A stretch of DNA of 64,000 bases, taken from assembly GCA_024693345.1 (NCBI GenBank), contig JAILLB010000122.1, forward strand, positions 38,523 to 102,522, written 5' to 3'. This document shows positions 47,409-57,960 of the stretch, piece by piece (within the stretch, counting starts at the first letter, position 1; each line of letters opens with the position of its first letter). A model generated the notes under the pieces. The model was not told the DNA's origin. It saw only the letters and a list, made by a program, of their open reading frames with translations, and made no database searches. The DNA is from Clostridiales bacterium. GTDB lineage: Bacteria > Bacillota > Clostridia > Oscillospirales > CAG-272. The position numbers and the translations under genes are program-made.

Positions 47409-49334
47409 ATGGTCTTGCTGAGCGTGAATTCAATATGCGTTTCTTTCGGAACAAATATCATTCTCGACAACGTTAATTTTTCCATCAACGATAACGACAA
47501 ACTTGGTATCGTTGGGATTAACGGTGCCGGCAAATCCACGTTGGCAAAATTGGTTTCCAAGGACATGGTTCCAACTTCAGGTAATATCTTTCTAGCAAAG
47601 AATAAAAGCATTGGTTATCTGGCTCAAAATGCCACCATAGACAGCGAAAGAACGGTGTTTGATGAAATGCTTTTGGCTTTTCCTGAAGCATATACGATGG
47701 ACAAAAGACTTGAAGAGATTGAAAAAGCTTTGTTCTCATCCAAATCTGATACCCTCATAAGCGAGTATACTTCCCTAACCGAAAAATTTGCACAAATAGG
47801 CGGATATGAATATAAATCCAGAGCAAAATCCACACTCGAAAGATTCGGATTTGATGAATCTTTCCGCGACAAAAAGATTTCAACTCTGTCCGGTGGAGAA
47901 AGAACAAGGCTGGCACTTGTCCAGGTCATTCTATCTCAGCCCGATCTGCTTATCCTTGATGAACCCACAAACCATCTTGATATAACCACCATTGAATGGC
48001 TTGAATCTCATCTGAGCAGCTATCCGAATGCCATCATCGTTATTTCACACGATAGATATTTTCTTGACAGGGTCACAAACAAGACGCTCGAGCTCCAGAA
48101 TACACATGCACATTTGTATAACGGCAATTACTCTTTCTACGAAAATCAAAAGATGGAAGATGAAAAGGCCCTCCTTAAAAAATACGAGCTTCAACAGAAA
48201 GAAATCAGCCGTATTGAAGCAATGATTGAACAGCAGCGCAAATGGGGACAGGAGCACAACTTTGTCACAATAAAGAGTAAAGAAAAACAGATAGAACATA
48301 TGGAGTTAGTCTCCGCACCGGAAAAGAAAGCCAAAGAAATGAGCATGAAATTTTCAAAGGCCACAACCAGCGCAAATGATGTTCTCATAGCATATATGAT
48401 TGGCAAAAAATACGGTGAAAGAACCATATTCAAAGACTTGTCCTTTACTCTCAAGAGAAATGACAGAATGCTGGTCATAGGCCCCAATGGGAGCGGTAAG
48501 AGTACACTCATGAAAATACTCGGTGGAATCGATGACGATTACTCTGGAGATGTAGTATTGGGCCACAATGTGATTCCTGCATATTTCAGCCAGGAGCTTG
48601 ACAATCTTGATCCATCAAAATCTGTTATAGAAGAAATAGTGGACGCATATCCAAAACTCACCACACGAGAAATCCGAGCCGCCCTGGCGAGATTTTTGTT
48701 CGGTCCCGAAGACATAGACAAACAGATCAGTCTCCTTTCAGGTGGCGAAAAGGCCCGTCTTTCATTCTGTAAAATGATGCTCTCCAAAATCAATTTTCTG
48801 ATTCTAGATGAACCGACTAACAATCTGGATATTTCATCTAAAGAAATACTTGAACAAGCTCTCCTGAATTTTGAAGGGACCATTGTTGCAGTTTCACATG
48901 ACAGGTATTTCATCAACAAACTGGCCACGAGAATTATTGAGATAGACAACGAAAAATACACTTTGTTCAATGACAATTACAGTTCATATGTCGATTACAA
49001 GAGTAAGTTGTCAGAAAAACAAGTTGATTCCGTGCAATCAATCAAGCAAAAAACATCAAACAAGGAAGAATTCGAGAGCAACAAGAAGCTTCTTTCAGAC
49101 ATAAGAAAAAACGAGAGCAAAATTACCAGAGCGGAAAAAGAAATTGATGATTTGGAAAAATTAAAAGCCTCACTTATCGAAGAGACCGAAAAAAATTCCG
49201 ACAATTATCAGAAGCTTACGGAATTATACAACAAGATTACTGAGACAGATGAAAGAATCGAATTTCTTTACAATGACATAGAGGAAGCTGAAAACACGCT
49301 TAATGAATTGAGAGGTAACTGTAATGAGCAATGA
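47409..49334 (+). CDS. ABC-F family ATPase (translation-factor type, no TM domains)
   Basis: Two ABC cassettes (GINGAGKST/LSGGERTRL and GPNGSGKST/LSGGEKARL), an inter-domain linker and a C-terminal coiled coil. I trimmed the start to MVLLSVNS (ATG 47409). The tracked start lies inside the tRNA terminator. Confidence 0.9.
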   Translation: MVLLSVNSICVSFGTNIILDNVNFSINDNDKLGIVGINGAGKSTLAKLVSKDMVPTSGNIFLAKNKSIGYLAQNATIDSERTVFDEMLLAFPEAYTMDKRLEEIEKALFSSKSDTLISEYTSLTEKFAQIGGYEYKSRAKSTLERFGFDESFRDKKISTLSGGERTRLALVQVILSQPDLLILDEPTNHLDITTIEWLESHLSSYPNAIIVISHDRYFLDRVTNKTLELQNTHAHLYNGNYSFYENQKMEDEKALLKKYELQQKEISRIEAMIEQQRKWGQEHNFVTIKSKEKQIEHMELVSAPEKKAKEMSMKFSKATTSANDVLIAYMIGKKYGERTIFKDLSFTLKRNDRMLVIGPNGSGKSTLMKILGGIDDDYSGDVVLGHNVIPAYFSQELDNLDPSKSVIEEIVDAYPKLTTREIRAALARFLFGPEDIDKQISLLSGGEKARLSFCKMMLSKINFLILDEPTNNLDISSKEILEQALLNFEGTIVAVSHDRYFINKLATRIIEIDNEKYTLFNDNYSSYVDYKSKLSEKQVDSVQSIKQKTSNKEEFESNKKLLSDIRKNESKITRAEKEIDDLEKLKASLIEETEKNSDNYQKLTELYNKITETDERIEFLYNDIEEAENTLNELRGNCNEQ

Positions 49335-50580
49335 CAAAGTTGCCATAATTGGCGGTGGCGCTGCCGGTCTGTTCGCTTCTTGCAGGCTTATTCAATGCGA
49401 CATAATTCCGACCCTGTTTGAGCCCAATCAACTTTTGGGAATGAAACTTGGTATCACCGGAAAAGGAAGATGCAATGTTACCAACAACTGCTCCGTTTCA
49501 GAATTCATGGAAAGCATTGTCAGCAATCCAAAATTCATGTATTCGTCCCTTAACAGATTCACCCCTGCTGATACAATGGCTTTCTTCGAGAACCTAGGCG
49601 TTCCATTGAAAACCGAAAGAGGACGAAGAGTTTTTCCGGTATCAGATAAAGCAACAGACATTGTACTGGCAATGAAAAACTTCATTGTTTCCAATGGCTG
49701 CCGCATAATAAGTGAAAGGGTTACCTCCCTTTCAAGTTCCGATAACAGAGTCACTGAAATAAAGACAAACAGAAAAACATATCCGGGTTTTGATTATGTA
49801 ATTTTGTGTACCGGAGGACTATCTTATCCCAAGACAGGTTCGACAGGAGACGGTTACAAACTCGCTTCATCACTTGGACACACTGTGACAGATTTGTCTC
49901 CGTCACTTATTCCGCTTGAATGTTATGAAGAGTCCTGCAAAGAAATGATGGGATTGTCGTTAAAAAACACAGGAGTAAAAATAATTGATAAAAATAGCGG
50001 AAAAATAGTGTATAATGATTTTGGTGAGGTTTTATTCACTCATTTCGGATTAAGCGGCCCTACAATATTGTCCGCTTCAACCCACATGTATCCCATGGAA
50101 CCGAAAAGATATTCTGTTTCTTTGGATTTGAAGCCCGCTCTTGACCACGAAACACTTGACCGTCGTGTACTATCAGATTTTGGGAAGTACTCGAACAAGG
50201 TTATAACAAACGCACTGTCGGATTTGTTACCTTCAAAGATGATTGTTCCATTTGTAGACTTCTGCAAATTACCAAGAGACAAAAAGGCGAACTCGGTTAC
50301 CGTAGCTGAACGAGAATCAATTGTCTGCGGACTAAAAAACTTTGTGTTCACAGTTAAAGGATTTCGTCCAATTTCAGAGGCAATGGTTACCCGAGGCGGC
50401 ATCAGGGTTAACGAAATTAATCCGAACACACTAAAGTCCAAAAAATGCGACAACCTCTATTTTGCCGGCGAAATAATAGATGTGGACGCATACACAGGAG
50501 GTTTCAGCCTTCAGATTGCATTTTCCACAGCAAACGCAGCAGCAATGGCAATAAAAGATGAAATAGACAACAAAAACTAA
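49324..50580 (+). CDS. HI0933/YhiN-like (BaiN-type) flavoprotein
   Basis: FAD-binding start VAIIGGGAAGLFAS and C-terminal GGFSLQ motif (DAYTGGFSLQIAFSTA). Confidence 0.8.
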   Translation: MSNDKVAIIGGGAAGLFASCRLIQCDIIPTLFEPNQLLGMKLGITGKGRCNVTNNCSVSEFMESIVSNPKFMYSSLNRFTPADTMAFFENLGVPLKTERGRRVFPVSDKATDIVLAMKNFIVSNGCRIISERVTSLSSSDNRVTEIKTNRKTYPGFDYVILCTGGLSYPKTGSTGDGYKLASSLGHTVTDLSPSLIPLECYEESCKEMMGLSLKNTGVKIIDKNSGKIVYNDFGEVLFTHFGLSGPTILSASTHMYPMEPKRYSVSLDLKPALDHETLDRRVLSDFGKYSNKVITNALSDLLPSKMIVPFVDFCKLPRDKKANSVTVAERESIVCGLKNFVFTVKGFRPISEAMVTRGGIRVNEINPNTLKSKKCDNLYFAGEIIDVDAYTGGFSLQIAFSTANAAAMAIKDEIDNKN

Positions 50581-50601
50581 AAACACGATTGGAGAACCAA
50601 A

Positions 50602-51267
50602 ATGTTTAGCATAGCAATAGACGGACCATCAGGTGCAGGAAAAAGTACAGTTGCAGACATTCTTGCAGAGGAATATGGATTTGTTCATGTAGATACCGGA
50701 GCGATGTATAGAACAATCGGGCTCTACCTTCTCAGAAATCAGATTGATCCTTCAGATGAGAATGCTGTTTCGAAAGCTTTGTGCAACCTTGACCTAAACG
50801 TTGAATACATAGACAAAAAGCAGCATGTTTATCTCAATGGTGAAGATGTGACTCCGTTCATAAGAACAAACGAAGTATCCACATATGCATCCAAATCTTC
50901 AGCACTTAAGCCCGTAAGAGACTATTTGCTCGATGCGCAGAGGAATGTTGCCAAAAAATACAATGTCATAATGGATGGCAGAGATATAGGCACGGTTATT
51001 CTCCCTCATGCAAATGTCAAGTTCTTCATGAACGCATCAACAGAATCGAGAGCACACAGAAGACACAAAGAGCTGCTGGAAAAAGGTGAATCAATCACTT
51101 TTGAAAAAGTACTCTCTTCTATGCTCGAAAGAGACAAAAACGACAGTTCAAGAAAAATAGCACCGGCCATTCCCGCAGAAGATTCAATTCCGCTTGACAA
51201 CTCCGGTCCTATTGAAGAAACAATCGCTTTTGCAAAGAATGTAATTAACGAAAGACTGGGCAAATGA
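50602..51267 (+). CDS. cmk: Cytidylate kinase
   Basis: IAIDGPSGAGKST P-loop and MDGRDIGT. Confidence 0.95.
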   Translation: MFSIAIDGPSGAGKSTVADILAEEYGFVHVDTGAMYRTIGLYLLRNQIDPSDENAVSKALCNLDLNVEYIDKKQHVYLNGEDVTPFIRTNEVSTYASKSSALKPVRDYLLDAQRNVAKKYNVIMDGRDIGTVILPHANVKFFMNASTESRAHRRHKELLEKGESITFEKVLSSMLERDKNDSSRKIAPAIPAEDSIPLDNSGPIEETIAFAKNVINERLGK

Positions 51268-51887
51268 AAATACTGTATTTCATAGCGAAATATCTCTTGG
51301 TCGTTCCCTTCTCTAAAATTTGCTTTTGGCTGACGATTGAAGGCAAGAAAAACATTCCAAAAAAGGGACCGTATATAATTGCTTGTAACCACCAAAGCGT
51401 TCTGGACATAGTATTCTTGATTTTCATGTGCAGACGCCAGGTACACTTTATAGCAAAAAAAGAGATATTCAAAAACAAATTCATCGCCAAGATCCTCAAG
51501 GGTGTCGGTATTATTCCGGTCGACAGACATTCAATGCTCTCTGGGTATTCTTCTCTCAACGGAGCCGTAGAATATCTGAAGAAAGGAAAAGTTGTCGCTC
51601 TTTTTCCCCAGGGAACCCGTTGCGAAGGTCAAAATCCATTGGATACACCTATCAAAAGTGGCGTAGCTGTCATGTCAAAGTGGTCTAATGCAAAGGTTGT
51701 ACCGGTTTTTGTAAAAACAAAGGGCTACAAAACCAAATTCTTCAAAAAAGCCACTTTATGCGTAGGAGAGTCAATCGCATACCACGACAAGCCAAATGCC
51801 TCCCCATCCGAGAGCTATCATGCATTTGCAAAAGAAATCATGGAAGCCGTCTGCTCATTTGATGATAATAACAAAGACAATGCTTAG
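51264..51887 (+). CDS. plsC: 1-acyl-sn-glycerol-3-phosphate acyltransferase
   Basis: HX4D motif NHQSVLD and FPQGTR motif. Confidence 0.85.
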   Translation: MKILYFIAKYLLVVPFSKICFWLTIEGKKNIPKKGPYIIACNHQSVLDIVFLIFMCRRQVHFIAKKEIFKNKFIAKILKGVGIIPVDRHSMLSGYSSLNGAVEYLKKGKVVALFPQGTRCEGQNPLDTPIKSGVAVMSKWSNAKVVPVFVKTKGYKTKFFKKATLCVGESIAYHDKPNASPSESYHAFAKEIMEAVCSFDDNNKDNA

Positions 51888-52776
51888 AGTAATTAGAGCC
51901 GAACACTCAGGATTCTGCTTCGGAGTTAAACGAGCCGTAGAGCAGGTATTGAATCTGAGAAAGCAATTTCCCGACAAAAGAATTCTAACTGTCGGAGAAT
52001 TAATACACAACAACACTTTCATTGAAAGACTGCACAATCAAGGGATCAGTGTGGTAGAAGAAAGTGATTTGGTCGAACTGCTAAATCACAAGCCATTGAA
52101 CGCAGTAATTGTCATAAGGACACATGGCATAAGAAAAGCCACTTCAAACTTGCTTTCCAAAGCATCTGAGGCCGATCCAACACTGACAGTTGTCGACTGC
52201 ACATGTCCTTTCGTAAAAAAGATATACGGAATTATGCAGGAGAATACCTCGGATGATACGTTCACCATTCTTTTCGGAAATCAGAACCACCCAGAAACCA
52301 TAGGAACTTCAAGTTTTATCAAAGGCAACTACAAAATCGTCACATCGTTAGACGAAGCTAAAGAGTTTTTTGAAAACAGCCCCATACTTTCCACACCCGG
52401 AAAAATAGTATTGGCAGCTCAAACCACACAAAACCATGATGAGCTTCTCAGAATTAAAGATCTTCTCTTTTCATCAAGACCGGATTCTCTTTTCTTTGAC
52501 ACAATATGCAACGTTACAGGCCAAAGACAGAGCGAAATTGAAGTTATGAGTAAGGAGAGCGATGTCGTTATAGTGGTTGGCGGAAGCAAAAGTTCCAACA
52601 CACAAAAACTGTATCACATTGCCAAAGACAACTGCGATAACACATACCTTGTCAACGATGCAAGCGAGTTGCCTAAAGAGGCTTTCATCAAAGACGGAAC
52701 CATAACTGTAACGGCCGGTGCATCCACCCCTGATGATTTGATTGATGACGTTATAAGCGCACTCAAAACAAAATAA
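51880..52776 (+). CDS. ispH: 4-hydroxy-3-methylbut-2-enyl diphosphate reductase
   Basis: MLRVIRAEHSGFCFGVKRAV start (first cluster Cys). I trimmed the start to ATG 51880. cmk-plsC-ispH-rpsA synteny. Confidence 0.92.
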   Translation: MLRVIRAEHSGFCFGVKRAVEQVLNLRKQFPDKRILTVGELIHNNTFIERLHNQGISVVEESDLVELLNHKPLNAVIVIRTHGIRKATSNLLSKASEADPTLTVVDCTCPFVKKIYGIMQENTSDDTFTILFGNQNHPETIGTSSFIKGNYKIVTSLDEAKEFFENSPILSTPGKIVLAAQTTQNHDELLRIKDLLFSSRPDSLFFDTICNVTGQRQSEIEVMSKESDVVIVVGGSKSSNTQKLYHIAKDNCDNTYLVNDASELPKEAFIKDGTITVTAGASTPDDLIDDVISALKTK

Positions 52777-53039
52777 GACTTAAAAATCCAATATTTTTCG
52801 CAAAAAATATCATTTTGTGCCTAGTTTTTTCAAAAATTAGTATATACAAATGATATTTTTTTTGTTAGAATACATATTGTTATGGAAAATGTACCGAAAT
52901 GTTCAAAACGATGCAGCTTCGCTCGCTGTATTAAATTTGAAAAAAGCGGACATTCAAAACATGATAAATTAAGTTGACATCTAAGACCGTAGGTGTCGCA
53001 CCAGCGAAGACTGGTTCAATTAGAGGAGGTAAAACAACA

Positions 53040-54329
53040 ATGAGCGAAGAGAGTTTTGAAAAATTACTCGAAGAAAACGGCGTCAGAACTATTAGAAATG
53101 GTGACGTTGTAGATGGCTATGTTATAGCTGTCACAAATAACGAGGTTAAAGTTGACCTTGGAAACAAGTGCACTGGCACAATTAAGATTGAAGACGTAAC
53201 AGATGATCCTCAGGCAACACTCGAGAACAGATTTAAAGTCGGCGACAAAATCAGTGCAATTGCTGTAAGAGTCAGTGATGTTGACGGCATCATCGTACTC
53301 AACACGAAAAAAATCGAAGCAATCAACAGTTGGAATTCTGTTAAAGAAGCTGTTGAAAACAACGCTACTCTTGAAGGAAAAGTCATTGAAGCAAATAAAG
53401 GAGGAGTTGTTGTTCGTGTAAACTCTCAGCGCGTATTCGTTCCTGCTTCACAGACCGGTCTTCCGAAAGATGCCGATATCAATTCCCTTGTCGGCACAAC
53501 TCAGAAACTCAAAATATTGGAAGTCAAAGACAGCCGTAAGATTGTCGGTTCAATAAGAAAAGTTCTAAGCGAAGAGTCAAAAGAAAAAAGAGCTGCATTC
53601 TGGAGCGAAATCGAAGTCGGAAAGCATTATGAAGGTGTTGTCAAGAATCTCACCTCCTATGGTGTTTTTGTAGATCTCGGAGGCGTAGATGGAATGGTTC
53701 ACAGCACTGAACTTTCATGGAAACATGTAGCTAATCCGAAAGACTATGTATCTGTAGGAGATAAGCTTGATGTATTCGTAAAGAGTTTCGATGCAGAAAA
53801 AGGCAGAATATCTCTCGGTCACAGAACTGAAGAAACAAACCCCTGGAACATCTTTAAAGAGAATTACAAGATTGATGATATTGTTTCAGTCACAATCTCA
53901 TCCATTATGCCCTATGGTGCATTTGCAACAATCATAGATGGAATTGATGGTTTAATTCACATTTCCCAGATTGCAAACAAGAAACTCAATACTCCTGCCG
54001 ATGTTCTTAAAAAGGGTCAGGTTGTTGATGCAAAAATCGTAGGCATTGATGAAGAACAGAAGCGCGTCAGCCTTTCAATAAGAGCTCTTCTCCCAGAAGA
54101 AGAACAAGTTGAAGAAAAGGCTGAAGAAACAACTGAAGCTCCCGTTGAAGAAGCAGTCGCTGAAACACCGGTTGAGGAAAAAGTTGAAGAAACACCTGTT
54201 GAAGAAACAGTATCTGAAGTTCCCGCAGAAGAAGCTCCTGTTGAAGAAGCTCCCAAGAAAAAGAGAGCATCAAGAAAAAAAGCAGCTGAAGATCCGGCAG
54301 CTGAGCCAACTGAAGAAAAGGCTGAATAA
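53040..54329 (+). CDS. rpsA: 30S ribosomal protein S1 (four S1 domains plus an acidic Pro/Glu-rich tail)
   Basis: GGAGG RBS before ATG 53040. Repeated S1 OB-fold signatures (YEGVVKNLTSYGVFVDLGGVDGMVHSTELSW, among others). C-terminal PVEE-type low-complexity sequence. Confidence 0.92.
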   Translation: MSEESFEKLLEENGVRTIRNGDVVDGYVIAVTNNEVKVDLGNKCTGTIKIEDVTDDPQATLENRFKVGDKISAIAVRVSDVDGIIVLNTKKIEAINSWNSVKEAVENNATLEGKVIEANKGGVVVRVNSQRVFVPASQTGLPKDADINSLVGTTQKLKILEVKDSRKIVGSIRKVLSEESKEKRAAFWSEIEVGKHYEGVVKNLTSYGVFVDLGGVDGMVHSTELSWKHVANPKDYVSVGDKLDVFVKSFDAEKGRISLGHRTEETNPWNIFKENYKIDDIVSVTISSIMPYGAFATIIDGIDGLIHISQIANKKLNTPADVLKKGQVVDAKIVGIDEEQKRVSLSIRALLPEEEQVEEKAEETTEAPVEEAVAETPVEEKVEETPVEETVSEVPAEEAPVEEAPKKKRASRKKAAEDPAAEPTEEKAE

Positions 54330-54355
54330 TCCAGCAATAACAAGCATTTATATCA

Positions 54356-54392
54356 AAATACGGCAGGATAAGACCTGTCGTATTTCTTGTTA
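54356..54392 (+). terminator. Terminator after rpsA
   Basis: 12-bp stem AAATACGGCAGG / CCTGTCGTATTT (one G-U pair) with a 6-nt loop, followed by T-rich sequence. Confidence 0.65.
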
Positions 54393-54430
54393 TATTTCTG
54401 TATTCGACTCAAACAAAATTAAGCCATCAT

Positions 54431-55579
54431 TCATCCGATGAATGGTGTTTTTTTCATTTCTGCCCCGGATTCTTTAGTATCTTTTAAAGAAAGATTCCAG
54501 ATTGAGTCTGCCCTTTTAAGCAACTCAAATTCGGAAGCAACTTTGGAACCAAATTCTGTATAATCTGCCTGCTTCGTTATAACCGGGATATTTATCTCTT
54601 TTTTGAATTGTTTCAGCAAACTACGTCCATTTTCATTTGCTCCCAGCAACACGGTATAACAAGGATAAGAAATCTCTTCTTTGATTACACCCAATGATGC
54701 CATAAGCAATGCTCTCATGACTTTTGATTCCGAATATATCTTTGTCCTAATGTCTTCAATCAATTCTTTAAAACAAACGGATTTGTTCACTGATGAAATA
54801 ATCCGGTTTGCCAACTCATCATTCAGTTCAACACAACCTGAAATATCTTCTGCTTTTTTCATTCTCAGTATTGACTGGAATGTAAAAAACAGTTTATCTT
54901 CAATAGAATAAGCGCCTACGGAGTATTCTCTGTTCAATATTGAAAATACGTAGTCAGGGACTGACTCTTTCGCATTTGTTATACAATCGTTAATACTGTT
55001 TCTTATGCTTTTTGATGACTTAAATCCCTCTCCACTGACATCATTTGAATTCAATCCGATTCTCTTTATTGCTATAGGCTCAATTCTGCTCTTTGTCTCA
55101 AGGACAGCCTTGATATATCCAATTCCAAGAATATCATTTGATCCAAATTCATCACTTCCGTAAACTGAAGATAGTCTTGTCCCGCCTTTTGATAGAATAT
55201 CATCTTGGATTATCCGATATTCATCAGACAGATAATACTCCGCTGTCTTTCTTAACATTTTTATGTCACCGCTCTCACTCCCAAAAGCCAATGTGTCAAC
55301 AAAACCAAGTTTATCCGCTATATGAACTCCAGCACTACAGAATAGATCAGCATTACAGCTCGAATAAGGAAATGGGAGTTCCAATACAAGGTCTGCTCCG
55401 CCTTTTATTGCCATTTCCGCCCTGCTGTATTTTGATACAACAGCAGGAATTCCTCTCTGTGTAAAATTGCCGCTCATAATGCACACGATGGAATATCCCA
55501 TTTTTTTCAACTGGGATATCATATATTCGTGTCCGAAGTGAAACGGATTATATTCGCATATAATTGCACATACTTTCAT
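54431..55579 (-). CDS. tmcAL: tRNA(Met) cytidine acetate ligase (YlbM/TmcAL family nucleotidyltransferase)
   Basis: MKVCAIICEYNPFHFGHEYMI, the HxGH-type nucleotidyltransferase start characteristic of YlbM. 382 aa. Confidence 0.8.
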   Translation of the reverse strand: MKVCAIICEYNPFHFGHEYMISQLKKMGYSIVCIMSGNFTQRGIPAVVSKYSRAEMAIKGGADLVLELPFPYSSCNADLFCSAGVHIADKLGFVDTLAFGSESGDIKMLRKTAEYYLSDEYRIIQDDILSKGGTRLSSVYGSDEFGSNDILGIGYIKAVLETKSRIEPIAIKRIGLNSNDVSGEGFKSSKSIRNSINDCITNAKESVPDYVFSILNREYSVGAYSIEDKLFFTFQSILRMKKAEDISGCVELNDELANRIISSVNKSVCFKELIEDIRTKIYSESKVMRALLMASLGVIKEEISYPCYTVLLGANENGRSLLKQFKKEINIPVITKQADYTEFGSKVASEFELLKRADSIWNLSLKDTKESGAEMKKTPFIG

Positions 55580-55727
55580 GAGCGACTCCTATCTTTAATT
55601 TCATTATATGTTTTTTGCGAAAACATTTCAACATGAGCAACAATTTGTTGAAATGTCCATTTTATTAATGTATAATTGTGACGTTCAAAATATGTGCCCG
55701 GATATTCGGGTTTTGGAGGTTATTATA

Positions 55728-56933
55728 ATGTACGTATTGGTAATTAACGCAGGAAGTTCTTCTCTGAAATATCAGCTTCTCGATACAGAGAGCGGAAACT
55801 ATCTCGGCAAAGGTCTTTGTGAACGCATTGGTATTGATGGTAAAATTGAACACAAACAAGCTGATGGAACAAAAACAGTTAAAGTTGTTGATATTCCAAA
55901 CCACACAGTAGCAATGAAATATGTTGTGGAAGCTCTGACGGATCCTGTTATTGGTTGTATCAAGAGCATGGACGAAGTTCATGCAGTCGGACACAGAATT
56001 GTGTCAGGTGGTCCATATTTCTTTGAGAGTTGTCTTCTCACCGATGAAGTACTTGAAAAACTGAAACTCTGCAGAGATTTTGCACCTCTTCACACTGATG
56101 CAGGGCTTATGGGAATCAATGGCTGTTTGCAGATACTGAAAGATGTTCCTCAGGTGCTCGTTTTCGATACAGCATTCCATCAGACAATGCCTGAAAAAGC
56201 ATACTTCTACCCGATTGATTACGAACTTGCACAAAAATACAACATTCGCAAGTATGGTTATCATGGAACATCTCACAAGTTTGTTTCCAAAGAAATGATT
56301 AAGATTCTCGGCAAACCTGCAGAAGAAACCAATATTGTAACCTGCCACATAGGCAATGGTGCGTCAATAGCAGCTGTAAAGGGCGGAAAAGTAATTGATA
56401 CCACAATGGGCTTTACTCCTCTTGCAGGCATTGAAATGGGTACGAGATGCGGATCAATTGACCCTTCAGTTGTAACATATATAATGGAAAAAGAAAACAT
56501 GACTCCGGAACAGATGAATACTTTCATGAATAAAAAGTGCGGATTCCTTGGAGTATCAGGTGTCTCATCAGACAGCCGTGATATAGAAGCAGGCATTCTT
56601 AATGGTGACAAGAGATGCACCCTTGCAGCAAATATAATAGCATATCAGGTTCAGAAGTATATCGGAGCATATGCTGCCGCAATGAACGGACTTGATGCCG
56701 TAGTATTCACTGCAGGTATGGGAGAAAACAACCCCGAGCTACGTGAAAGAGCATGTGCCAACATGGACTTTTTGGGAATCAAAATTGACAATGAGCTGAA
56801 TGCCAGAACACATCACCAGCCCAACAATGTTAAGCTTTCAACGGAAGAATCCAGAGTTCAAGTATATGTTATTCCGACAAATGAGGAATTGGCAATAGCG
56901 CGTGATGCTGAAGCAATTGTAAAATCCATGTAA
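55728..56933 (+). CDS. ackA: Acetate kinase
   Basis: MYVLVINAGSSSLKYQL start with GGAGG RBS, YGYHGTSH, and the IPTNEE C-terminal motif. I trimmed the start from the tracked 55608. Confidence 0.95.
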   Translation: MYVLVINAGSSSLKYQLLDTESGNYLGKGLCERIGIDGKIEHKQADGTKTVKVVDIPNHTVAMKYVVEALTDPVIGCIKSMDEVHAVGHRIVSGGPYFFESCLLTDEVLEKLKLCRDFAPLHTDAGLMGINGCLQILKDVPQVLVFDTAFHQTMPEKAYFYPIDYELAQKYNIRKYGYHGTSHKFVSKEMIKILGKPAEETNIVTCHIGNGASIAAVKGGKVIDTTMGFTPLAGIEMGTRCGSIDPSVVTYIMEKENMTPEQMNTFMNKKCGFLGVSGVSSDSRDIEAGILNGDKRCTLAANIIAYQVQKYIGAYAAAMNGLDAVVFTAGMGENNPELRERACANMDFLGIKIDNELNARTHHQPNNVKLSTEESRVQVYVIPTNEELAIARDAEAIVKSM

Positions 56934-56940
56934 CTTTTTT

Positions 56941-56971
56941 AAGGACGATGAGACCATCGTCCTTAATTTTT
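56941..56971 (+). terminator. Terminator after ackA
   Basis: 10-bp stem AAGGACGATG / CATCGTCCTT, 4-nt loop, then AATTTTT. Confidence 0.85.
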
Positions 56972-57048
56972 CTGTTGCATTTTCAACTTTCGGACATTAA
57001 AATTATTTATAGGACAAGGTCCACACTATTTACAAGGAGAATAACATC

Positions 57049-57432
57049 ATGTTAAAAACTAACAGAGGCTTGATTAAATGCTTTCTTTTGTCATTAATCA
57101 CATTGGGCATTTATGATCTTTTCCTGATTCACAATATGGCTAAAGAAGCAAATTTGGCTGACACATCAACCAAGAAGGTTGGCGGATTAATTTTTTACAT
57201 TATCTTCACGACACTTACGCTTGGTATTTATGCCTTTTACTGGAATTATAAGGTATGCGAGAAATTTGCAAATTCTGTAAGAAGTGCCGGCAAGCAGCCC
57301 AGAATCACCGGTGGTGCTTGGTTGCTATGGATGATTTTTGGATCATTCATTATTGTTGGACCAATCATTGCTGCATACAAGCAGATTCACAGCTGGAACG
57401 ATTCTAACGCTGTTTACAACTCAAAACACTGA
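57049..57432 (+). CDS. DUF4234-like small membrane protein
   Basis: 127 aa. Duplicated TLGIY(D/A)(L/F) motif within TM helices. AAGGAG RBS. Confidence 0.7.
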   Translation: MLKTNRGLIKCFLLSLITLGIYDLFLIHNMAKEANLADTSTKKVGGLIFYIIFTTLTLGIYAFYWNYKVCEKFANSVRSAGKQPRITGGAWLLWMIFGSFIIVGPIIAAYKQIHSWNDSNAVYNSKH

Positions 57433-57454
57433 TTATTTCTTAAATCATGCAAAA

Positions 57455-57487
57455 ACCACGCGTTCAACCGCGTGGTTTTCGTTTTTT
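57455..57487. terminator. Bidirectional terminator
   Basis: Stem ACCACGCG / CGCGTGGT, preceded by AAAAA and followed by TTTCGTTTTTTT. Lies between convergent genes. Confidence 0.85.
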
Positions 57488-57501
57488 TCGGTTTGTTATT
57501 G

Positions 57502-57753
57502 TTAAGCTGCTACTCCATTAATTGCATCAATAATTCTCTGAATCAAGCCGCTTCCGTTGCCAATCAAGAATACAATCAGGCAGAATACCAGTATCACTAC
57601 TATAAAGCAGAAGTATGATCTAGCGAAATTTCTCTTGTTAACATTTGATGCCCCTATAGCGTGACATACGAGAAAAATCCATCCGATTATCGGAATGCTG
57701 TAAAGAATTTCGAGCCCAAAATATTTCCATGGGGATAAAGGTGTGTTGTCCAT
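57502..57753 (-). CDS. Hypothetical small membrane protein (83 aa, 2 TM)
   Basis: Two hydrophobic helices. RBS AGGAGA 8 nt upstream on the minus strand (taggatAGGAGAataacaATG). Confidence 0.55.
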   Translation of the reverse strand: MDNTPLSPWKYFGLEILYSIPIIGWIFLVCHAIGASNVNKRNFARSYFCFIVVILVFCLIVFLIGNGSGLIQRIIDAINGVAA

Positions 57754-57960
57754 TGTTATTCTCCTATCCTAGTTATTGCTCATGAGGCTATTTTTCCTCG
57801 ACAAAAATATATCACTTTGCGCAGAATTAAGCAATAATGTTCTTGATAATTCATAAAGATTGTTATACTATATATGTGTATACTGGGGTAGGTTGGGATT
57901 CATTTTACCCAATATCTTGTAAAACCCCCGGGTGAACTTATTTGTGAAAGGAAAACATAA

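Noticed and set aside
52882-52971. 29-aa Cys-containing ORF (MENVPKCSKRCSFARCIKFEKSGHSKHDKL) in the rpsA leader
   Set aside because: It has no Shine-Dalgarno sequence and lies within the probable 5' UTR of rpsA (extended -10 TGTTAGAAT at 52863-71). More likely untranslated leader sequence; only Ribo-seq could revive it.
54017-54441. Three overlapping ORFs (54017-54343 -, 54067-54309 -, 54109-54441 +) over the S1 tail
   Set aside because: They are alternative-frame and antisense readings of the GAA/GAAG-rich repeat that encodes the acidic S1 tail. They have no independent signals.
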